From: Octopus bimaculoides
Taxonomy: Eukaryota
Direction: 5' to 3'
Assembly (NCBI RefSeq): GCF_001194135.2
Contig: NC_068989.1
Location: forward strand, 59,850,904 to 59,888,258
DNA length: 37,355 nucleotides
The translations under genes were made by a program, and so were the position numbers. The notes under the pieces were generated by a model. That model saw nothing but the letters and a program-made list of their open reading frames with translations. It was not told the DNA's origin and ran no database searches. Shown piece after piece: positions 23,301 to 34,600 of this stretch. The stretch's first letter is position 1. Each line of letters opens with the position of its first letter.

Positions 23301-25647
23301 AAACCAGTGGCAATGTTTGCTAAATTTTTTTCTTGAACTTCATTTTCTGGGTCAGATTCTTCTTCACTGCATCCTGTAGAAAAAAAAAAAATCTCTGTAT
23401 ATAAAACTGAGGATATGTGTGTGTGTGTGTGTGTGTAAACCTGCAGAACTTCTAAAGTTTGTAACTGATTTTCTCCAAACGGGGAACATACACTACTTAT
23501 GTTCCAGAGATGGTTTTAGACTCTTAAAATTTTTCACATAATGCTTCTGTTCAAACAGGAAAAAACAACAACTGAAATGATATAAGTAGGTTGTATTAAA
23601 TGGATGAACCAATGTAGACTTCAAACTGCAGTGTATAAGTGGTAGCAATAATAGCCTGTTCCCGTAGTACCATAGGTAGCGATTTGTTGGAATAAAAACC
23701 GTTTGAAATGCACTATGTTTATTATGAAAAATATGCTAAAATATGTTAAATCCTGAGCAACTAATCAACTATTTTCTTTTAGCTTCAGTATTAAAGTCTT
23801 TCTTCTAAGCATAGACAAAGCTCATACAAATATTCTTCATCTATTGATTACAAACGAAAATATCACGTGTACATAACCTACTAAATTATGGTGTCTAAGA
23901 CCCAACCACGTTAGAGATCGTGTCCTTAAATGTGACCATGAGTGCCCAAACGCTGCATGCAGAACTGCTTTCGTTTGGGAGCTGAGTTTCCTCACAATAG
24001 TCACACGCTGTTTACACAAAGCAGTGCACAGTTCAGCCATGACTACTGATTCTCAACCATGTCAGCAACCCAACCACGTTTGTTAGAGACCATGTCCTTA
24101 ATGTGACCTTGCATACCCTGATGCTGCATGCAGAATCGTTTCCATTTGGGAGCTGAGTTGTGTTCACAATGGTTACATGCTGTTTACACAAAGGAGTGCA
24201 CAGTTGAGCCACAACTATTGATTCCAAACTGAAATATCGCATGACAGTGTTGTTTTCAAGCACTTCCTTGCCAACGACCCCCAACGCCTTACCATATCAT
24301 TTCTTTCATGTAATGCTGTTGAGAGTGCCCACAGACTTAATTTATCACATAGATGTAGTTCCTATGTCTGCTGATTGTTCAGTGTGGTAGTGGTTGTGCT
24401 GACAGCTGCAAAGGAGAGTATATCCACTGAGAGCTTTTTGGTGCATTCAAAAATCACATACTCCCCCCCCACTCGCTTTTCCATGACAAGGTTAGGGCCT
24501 GGAATCTTTTATATGGATGCATGACAGGTCACTTAGTTGAATGAGCCCTTCATTTACTCCACAAATGTTTTGTCATCAGCGCTGCACTTCCCCATATCAC
24601 GTTTCAACTTAACTGTACCATATATACAAACTATGCCATTTAAATCTCGAGCAATGCCGAGTATGCCTGCTAGTTTGATATAAATTATCACTATCATCAT
24701 TAATTTAAAATTATCTTTTCAATAGGTGTATGGATTATGGGTTGTACATCATGACAGTGAGTAAGATGCTTTTACTTTTGGATTTGCTTTACTTTCAGTT
24801 TTAATACATCTTAAGATAACTAGAGTACATACATCATATGTAATGTTTTTCACTGGTAATATATCCCAAGATACATAGGCATATGGAATATTTCAGTAAT
24901 GTTAAAATATTGGGATTCATCAAGATATGAAACCACCTTCATAAATAATAGACAACGCACCTGATGTATTTTCTCCCAATGGATTATCTTTTTCAACTTC
25001 ACAACTTTTCTCAGGTGTTGCATCAGCAATTTTCCCAACTGTAAAATATAGAAAATAGACATTAGAATGAAAGGGGAGGGGAGTATGTATGTATGTATTT
25101 TAACCAAAACTATCTGTCTAATTCTTGCAAACTGGGAACAATTTTCAGACAGGTTCAATTATCAAAAGTATTTAACCTTTCTTTAAAGACTACTTTGTAC
25201 AAAATGTAATGAAGTGTCTATTTTTTAAACTAAGGCAAGTGAAATAATGTAAACTAATCTTAGAATGCAATGTAATATCAATAACAAAGTAGGAAACTGT
25301 GGCTTAATGATTCAGGCATATGGTACACATTTAAAATAGTGAAAAACTTTAAAAACTGCATGGAAAATTCATGATTAATGTAGTCATTTGCCATAAAATT
25401 CTTCATGCTTACATACACACACTAAACATCAGAAATAGCCAATTAAGAAAAGCTAGAGGGAGACCAAAACAACTAAGGAGAAAATAAAAAGGTCAAAGAT
25501 ATATATATTATCGTTTAACGTCCGCTTTCCATGCTATATATATANNNNNNNNNNNNNNNNNNNNNNNNNNNNNNNNNNNNNNNNNNNNNNNNNNNNNNNN
25601 NNNNNNNNNNNNNNNNNNNNNNNNNNNNNNNNNNNNNNNNNNNNNTC

Positions 25648-25690
<43 letters not shown>

Positions 25691-28600
25691 AAGGAAGAAA
25701 GAAAATGTACATAACATATATCATATGATAAATATATAACAATGATGTAGGAAGTTCTTTTTCAAATGAATGGTATTAGTTTGTCACTTTTAGAGACAGT
25801 ATATATTTCATACTCTCTTAGAAAATATTTATACTCCTTTTCTCCTAGTTTATATATAGAAAATTTCATTATTTTGAGTCATAATTAAAGAAGGCACTAA
25901 AACTTCAAATCTATATGAGAGGACAGCTGAGACTGTGTGATTTCCATGTCTTTCACAAAATCACCAGTGAAGGATAGATTGTATGCTGCTTTTGCATGAC
26001 CTGTAATGCTGCCTGGCAATGAGATGTGGGTACTGAATGTTGAGGATGTTCAAAGGCTGGAGACAAATGAAGCAAGCATGTGCTACTGGATGTGTCATGT
26101 TAGTGTGCATGAATAAAATGTTATAAATAAATGAACTGAGGGAGAAAGTGGGTGTATGCGGGGTCAAAGGTAGAATGTAAGAGATGACTGTTGGTATGGA
26201 TAAATGATGTGTATGGATGATAAAAAAAAGTACCAGGAGCTCGATGATGAAGGAAACTGTGGGAGAGAAAGATGGATGTAGAAAAAGTGATGGCTGATGT
26301 TAGGAGGCTGAATCCCACAAAGGAATGCAACAAATGCTGGCATGCTATGTTGGGAAAGACCCACCTAACCCATGCAAGCATGGAAAAGTGAATATGACAG
26401 TGATGAAAGACAATGTAAAAAAGTTAACCATAAGCCTTTTAGAAAGAATTTAATGAGTACTTACTCTTCTCCATATCAGGTTTATCACTAAGGACAGAAT
26501 ATCCTGGACCAGAGTGGTATGGTGGAGTAAGGTTACTTGGAGAAGTACATGAATACAATGTCTTTAGAATCATCCAAGTAAGGTACACCTACAGAAGACC
26601 AAATAAGTCAATATAAATACCTTTATAATTTACAAGTAGACAAATATCAATATAGCACAGAAATATCAACATAACACATTTATATATATATGAGTATGAT
26701 ATAGATAGGTGGCTTCTGCTATAGACCTACCCCTGAGGCAGACCAAAGCCATGTGAGTGGATTTGGGAGATGGAAACTGAAAAAAAGCACAATGTGTGTG
26801 TGTGTGTGTGTGTGTGTTTGTGTACATCAGCACTTGCTTTTACAAATGTTCTGACACTCAAATGTTGCTCTTGTCACTTCTGTCAATAAAGCATTGGCTT
26901 ACTTGATGCCTTCAAAACTATGTGGATAAGAGATTCATTTGAAAAACAGGTACTAATTAGCTTCAGGAAGGGCAAGCATCCAGCTGTAAAATATGCCTAT
27001 TATCTGTCTAATCCATGCTTGTTAGGAAAAATGGAGGCAAAACAAACACACACACAGAGAAGACATTAACATGATTTAGACACATGCTATAAACAAGAGC
27101 AGGGACTATCTTTTACAAACATGATATAAGCTAAGATACTGATTATCTAACCTGTACACATGGTACGACAATGGATAAAGATTATTTGTTTTCTCTGTGT
27201 ATTGTATAGTATATCCTTGCTAACAGGGATAGGGTAGCAATTTCAAAGAAAAAGAACGATATTGAACAACTCTCACCAACCAACAACTACAAAATAATAT
27301 TTTCAAAATTAGAAATAAAATATTTACCTGTTTTCTATTTAGTCTTTGAGCAACAGAAGCATTATGGTCACAGATTTCTTCAAAAGATTTACCATTAAGT
27401 TTGTACATATTAGCAGTATTAATAAACCAGTCCATAGAAAGATCCTGGAAAGAATATGAGTAAACTTAATTAGTAATATTAATGAGTTAAAGTATAATTA
27501 TGTAATTACAAAAAAGGCAGAAAGTTAATGCTAAATTTTGTTCATTAACTGGGAGTGGTAAGACCTAGATGATAATTCTGAACAAGAGATAAAATGAAAG
27601 TGAGAAAAGGTGAGATATTGATACTAATAATCAGCTTATTGTATACAATATTCAGCTGCACTTAATTTAGTAAATAATAGAAATAAACCAAAAACTAGTC
27701 AATTATAGGAATGATAATTCTTTAGGCTAGTGGAGGCGCAATGGCCCAGTGGTTAGGGCAGCGGACTCGCGGTCATAGGATCGTGGTTTCGATTCCCAGA
27801 CCGGGCGTTGTGAGTGTTTATTGAGCGAAAACACCTAAAGCTCCACGAGGCTCCAGCAGGGGATGGTGGCGAACCCTGCTGTACTCTTTCACCACAACTT
27901 TCTCTCACTCTTTCTTCCTGTTTCTGTTGTGCCTGTATTTCAAAGGGCCAGCCTTGTCCCACTGTGTCACGCTGAATATCCCCGAGAACTACGTTAAGGG
28001 TACACGTGTCTGTGGAGTGCTCAGCCACTTGCACGTTAATTTCATGAGCAGGCTGTTCCGTTGATCAGATCAACTGGAACCCTCAACGTCGTAAGCGACG
28101 GAGTGCCAACAATTCTTTAGGCTATAGGTACAAGACCTGAAATTTTGGGCTAAATGATTACATCAACCCCAATGCTCAAATGGTACATATTTTACTGACC
28201 CTGAAAGGATGAAAGGCAAAAGTAATTTGAATTCAGGAAGATTTGGAAGAAATGTCACTAGGCCTTTTGACTGTGCTAAAATTGTGTCAGCTTACTGCCT
28301 TAATAATGGTTTCAAATTTTGGCATAAGGCCAGCAATTTCAGGGAGGGGACAAATTGATTACATCAACCCAAGTGTTCAACTAATACTTATTTAACTGAC
28401 CCCAAAGGGATGAAAGGCAAAATGGACCCTGGTAGAATTTGAACTCAGAACGTAAAGGTGGACAAAATGCTGCTAAGCATTTTGTTCAGTGTGCTAACAA
28501 TTCTGCCAGCTCATTGCCTTAATAATAATGATTTCTTTTATAAAACCAATAATAATAGTTGTTGCCATTATCATTTTAAAATCCACTTTTCCAAGCTTGT

Positions 28601-31600
28601 ATGGGTCAGATGGAATTTATTGAGGCAGATTTTCTATGGCTAAGGTGTCCTTCTTGTCACCAACACTTACTTGCTTCCAATCAAGATAATATTCCCCATG
28701 TTGAGACATTTGTATAATGGTGATGCTCATGCACAACCATCACATGGTGACATGACAAGGGTACACACATACACACACATATTTCTATATATATATATAT
28801 ATTTATTATGACAGGCTTCTTTTAGTTTTCATCTACCAATTCCATTTACATGGCTTTGGTTGATGCAGGGCTATAGTAGAAGACACTTGCATAAGTGCTA
28901 TGCAGTGGGACTAAACCCAAAACCATATGGTTGGAAGCTAGTTTCTCAATCACACAGCCATACTTGCACTTAAACAAAGCAAAAGCTATGTAATTGTGTC
29001 AGAAATGAGCAAACAACATGATAGAGTACTTACTGGGGAAGAATCAGATAAAAATAAATAAAGATTACTGTTGGCCCACATGTAAGGCTCAACAGTCTGT
29101 AGAATTTGGCAGACAGAACTTGGTGAAGAGGTAGAAGCTTCATCAACTGAAAGAAAGTAAAAATACCTACATTAAATATTGAAATAACAGCAACAATTTC
29201 ATCTTCATTATTCTCTGAAAAATTGAGTTGGTTGAAGGCATCATCATTATAGTGGAGCTTCCATAAATATATTATATATGTATCAATATATATATATCAT
29301 CATCATCATCATCTAACGTCTGTCTTCCATGCTGGCATGGGTTGGACGTTTTGACAGGAGCCAGCCAGATAGAAGACTATGCCAGGCTGCCCTTCCTAAC
29401 ACCAACCACCCTGTAGAGTGGACTGAGTGCTTTTACATGGCACCAGCACAGGTGAGGTCATTTTTGGCATTGTTTTTATAGATGGATGCCCTTCCAAATG
29501 CCAACCATTTCACAGTGTGAACTGGATGCCTTTTACATGGCACCAGACAACTTGCAAGCCAAGGAATTTTGAGAGGGGACAGGGCAATAGAGGAGGTGAT
29601 CTTGTGTCAGATGGTGCACCCAGTGTAAACTATGGACACATAAGAGATGCAGTGGTATCACAGGTAGATTAACAGATAAAGTAGTCTTTGTATGTGGCAG
29701 ATGTGCAGGAACAAAAGCACAAAGAGCACACAGAAATTAGATTCTCTCAAATGGCCAGAGAGCTCTCTTGGAGTTGTAGATAGTTTCTATTACCTATGTG
29801 ACCAAATTAGCTATGATGGCGGATGTTCTGAAAGTATTGTTTCTAGAATAAGAATTGGGTGGAGGAAGTTCAGAGAGCTATTACCTCTGTTGGCAATAAA
29901 AGGCCTCTCTCACAGAGTGAAGACTATATGAGAATTGTGTAAAAACATCTATACTCCATAGTAGTGAGACATAGGCTCTGAATATTGAAGACATGCATAG
30001 ACTGGAGAGAAATGAAGGTAGTATGCTCCATTGGATGTGCAATATCAGTGCACATGTATGACAAAGTGCAAATGTACTGAGAGAAAAGTTAGGCATAAGA
30101 GGAATCAAATGTAGCATGCAAGAGAGAAGACTATGTTGGTTTGGACATATGATACATATGAATGAGGACAGCTGCATAAAGAAGTGCCGATCACTGAAAG
30201 TGGATGAACCCGTGGAAGAGGGAGAGCCAGGAACATGAGATGAAGTGGTAAGGACTGATCTCAGGAAGTTGGACCTCATGGAGGAAATGACCATCGACCG
30301 AGATGTCTGGCGATATGAAGTTCTTGAGAAGATCCACCCACATCAGTGAAACTGAATTCTAGAAGCGCTGTGTCCCACCCACACTAAACAAGAAAATATC
30401 TCACACACTTTACCACAATGAACCAAACTACGTCTCTACATCTCTTCTCTTCTTCACATTTCCACTTCATATATTATGATTACCTCTCACTTCCCAATCT
30501 TGTCCTCTTGGCCCGGTGCCACTGTATCATTGCTCTCTGCTTGCCCCTGACCTGTGTGTTCTACCCACATGCCTTGTCTCACGCTATTATTGTCATGTGC
30601 TAGCCCCTGACCTGGGTGTTCCACCAACACATAACAAGAAAACTTTTCCATCAGCCTACCCCAACAAACCATTCTACATCTCTTCTCTTTCTCACATTTT
30701 CTCATTCATTCATTATATCTAGCTCTCACTCCCCAATCCTCTCCTCACACCCGTTCCTCTGTATCACTGCTATCCAGTAGCCTCTCTAAACCTATATATA
30801 CCCAGGTATTTCGCCACTTATTTGCACTCTTTGATCACACTCTCTTCACATTATCCTGTCACTTATATTATGGCATTTGAACCTCAAGGGTATGCCTGTC
30901 ACTTGTCACTATCTATATCTCTCTCTTCTTTTACTCAACCATCTCATTTATACTCTGATCCCTGTTCCTTGTGAGTATACCTGGCATTTTGCCACCATCT
31001 CCATCCTGCAGTCTCCCAGTCTCTCTCTCTCTCTCTCTCTTTCTCCTGCACTTCCCTCAGGTTGGGCAACCATGTATTTTCTTTTCTGTCTTCATTCCTG
31101 ATCTTTCTCTCTCTGGCCAAGTAACCTTGTACTTCCTCTGCAGCAAGACACCGGTATCTGTCTCACTATAACCTTTTCATCCTCCAATGCCTCCTCCTCT
31201 CTTAAAAGTTTTTGTCTTGCAAGTACTTGGTGACCCTGTCAGTGCAGGTGCCACTTAAAAGCACCTAGTCCACAAATCCTACCAAAACAGTCACAGAAGT
31301 CTGGTGCAGGCTTCAGCCNNNNNNNNNNNNNNNNNNNNNNNNNNNNNNNNNNNNNNNNNNNNNNNNNNNNNNNNNNNNNNNNNNNNNNNNNNNNNNNNNN
31401 NNNNNNNNNNNNNNNNNNNNNNNNNNNNNNNNNNNNNNNNNNNNNNNNNNNNNNNNNATATATATATATGAATGAGTATATGCATATATATGTACATGTA
31501 TGTACATAACTTCATCTGCATGTATATATAGATGCATATCTGGGTACATGACGTTGCAAAAAGACATGGACAAAATGATAAACAGGGTACAGAAAACACA

Positions 31601-34600
31601 CAGGCCACATGATTCTTCCATTCACTGTGAGTCCTTGGTACTTCCTTGTATAGTTGCTTTCCTCTATCTGCATCACAGTCTTCTCACTTGCATCTAATTA
31701 TCCTTAAGTCTAGTTTTATGCTTAGTTCAGAACCCCTCTGTTGTTCATGCACACTAACATTAAGCCATCCAGCAGAGTATGGCTGCATAATGTCAGTGAA
31801 AGTCAGTGAGCTGTGGTTTATGGCAATTGTGACCCTGTATGTAACAGTACAGTCAGTGGCATGATGATTTGTAAATTATCAAGGAACTTAGATGTTTTGT
31901 AAAACATCAATGGAGTTTCATAATGATTTTAATATATTGGTGTGCATAAGTGCTTAGAAGAAAATTCAGACACAACAAAATTTTGATTGTTTTTCACAAT
32001 TTCCTTAACACACAATCGATTCTCTTTTTATAAGAATCATTAAACTATAAACAATTAACTGATAAACAATTTCACTACTGATAACTTTAGCTATAATTCA
32101 TTGTGGATTGATAAAAACACTATCAATAACATAATATGGCTGTTAGACTCTTATCTACAAAACTGATTTTATGGTTTATTACAATGGATCTCTGCTATAC
32201 GTCAGTTTGATGATTACTAGTTTTTGACTAAACAAAAATGGATACACCTTTCTCAGGAAACTTAAACAAGAACTAATAGAATACTTACAGTAGAACTGAT
32301 TAGTAGGTTCATGTATTTCTGAGATTTGATCTCGATATGGTTTCAACAAATGTTCACACACAGCCTGAGCTACATCACCATTTTTACTTATGTTCACTCC
32401 AACACGATTAATGTGTTCAAGTGGACGTTGAGCCTCTTTAAAAATATTTTGGCACAAATAGCCATCACGACCACAGCTGAGGAGGATGTTTGGACTGTTT
32501 CTCCACTGAATACCTGAAATCAAATGACATCAATAGTAAGTTCAATATTCATAATAAAACTATTAAAAAAAATACATTTGTGAGCAACTGTATTTTCATA
32601 CACAGTTTTATACAAAATGTCTAAAAGTTTGTTTTCTTTTTAAATCTATTTTTAAGATATAACTTTAAAATTACACTGTTCTTAAATTTCTTTATTAGAA
32701 ATACATTATTAAAAAAAAAATGAAATGAAAATAATAGTGAAAATGTATTGATCTACATACCAGAAGCCACATCTTTGTGTCTGTTAAAGGCAGCCAGGGG
32801 AATGTACGGTCGACGAATATCCCAAATATTGACAGCAAAATCCACAAGAAGGGAACTGCTAGCTATAAGATATTTGTACTCAGGTCGCCACTTACACCTA
32901 GCTACTGAGGCCATGGTATGTACAATATGAACAAGTTTCTTTGTAGGCATATCCCACACCTGATTTGGAAAACAAATACATACATATATATATGATACAA
33001 AAAATATCTTATAAAGCAAATTTTAAAACTTTTATTAAAAGATGTTCTTTCCTTATCATCAAAGAAGTTGTATGGATATCTGTAACTCAAATACATCTCA
33101 ACACCACATTCATAGCAACAACTTTTATCTTTGAGCTATCTGGTCTAATTTTTTGAACTACAATTATATAATGAAATGTTTAAAGATGTTCATTATAGCA
33201 ACAATATTTACTGTATAATATATTCTGCAAATATTCTGTATAATATAATCTGTATAATATATTCAGAATGTTCTCTCTATAATAGATATATTCTCTATAT
33301 AGTAACAATTCTTACTTTATGTCATAATATTTGGCTTCAGGTTACTCTCAAGATAAGGAATAACAATGGTTCATATTGCCACTGTATAAAACAACTGAAG
33401 TAACATAAATGAGACTGAGTCTTTGTGACTTTTAATACAATTGAGAGGTAGACTTTTAAAACACTGTATACAAGGGATGACAACAGTGTAGAATCTCTCT
33501 CATTGCAAAGGCCTTCAATACAATTTCTTTTGTGATACAGTGATGTTACTTGAATAACATATATTTTTTGCTGACATACAGCACTAGATAAATGCATGCA
33601 GGTAGAATATCTAATTATCTTGCTACAAGAGAAAACATCACTGAAGAAGTTAACCAGAAGTACTCTGTGATTTAGTGGGGGGGGGGGGAGTTCAGGTCAA
33701 TAAATAATCTGCTCAGAAAGTGAAAAATAAATGCAATATTTGATACAGGAAAGCAAGGCAGAGAAAAGTAGACCTGAATGTTGAACCAACTAACATTTAC
33801 TTATTAGTTGTTATTTACTAGTCACCTAACTTGAATTGGATCTTCAACTGAAGATAAATATGTCCAACTTCACATTGCCATGCTGCTCACCATGACTCTG
33901 ATTCCGGGATTTTTCATCAGTGAGGTTAACTCCTCTTTATACACACCACTGAAAGGCCATTAACTCGTACAAGTTCCTCCACACTTTGACAGGATGAAAA
34001 ACTAACTATGAAGTTCCAGAACTCCATATTAATTTTCAAGTAGCTAAAGTGAGTTAATGAATCACCAGTTCTATCAACTGGAAATAATTCACTAACTGCG
34101 TTGAACGTTAACTGAAGAGGGTCTTCTGTCCAGACTGCTTTGTAGTTTCACTGAATGAAGATCATATGTCAAATGAAAATCTGAAGATCAATATGCCCGA
34201 CTTCATACCCACCATACTGCTCCCCATAACTTCACTATGACTCTGGCTCTGGGATTTTTCATTATTGAGCTTAACTCCTCTTTATACACACTACTGAAAG
34301 GCCATTGACTCATACAAATTCCTCCACCCTTTGACAGGATGAAAAACTAACTTTTAAAGCATACAATAACAGACAACATTACTTGCTTTTATAGCTCTAT
34401 CTCTTCCACCGGTGGCAAGCCAGTTTTTGTCCATAGGGTTCCAGTCCAGTGTGAACACTGGTCCTGTATGAGCTGTTATCTCTCTATCAGGACGATCTGG
34501 ACGTCGAATATCCCATTCCTATTTGTTTGAAAGAAAAAACAAAAACTGTAACCCTTCTGTTACCAAATTTCTGCTGAAATATTGAAATACATCGTCATTG

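Noticed and set aside
24850-25158. 102-aa ORF as the WDR24 exon
   Set aside because: Wrong frame; the phase-compatible exon is 24961-25038 in another frame.
27734-27805. tRNA gene
   Set aside because: It is the tRNA-derived head of a TSD-flanked SINE and continues into SINE body.
25508-31621. ORFs spanning N runs (25508-25728, 31291-31621)
   Set aside because: Artefacts of assembly gaps and (TA)n. The gaps could hide small exons, but the flanking phases already match.
34377-34382. GTAATG as a canonical donor 4 nt into the intron
   Set aside because: It gives phase 1, but the next exon needs phase 0.
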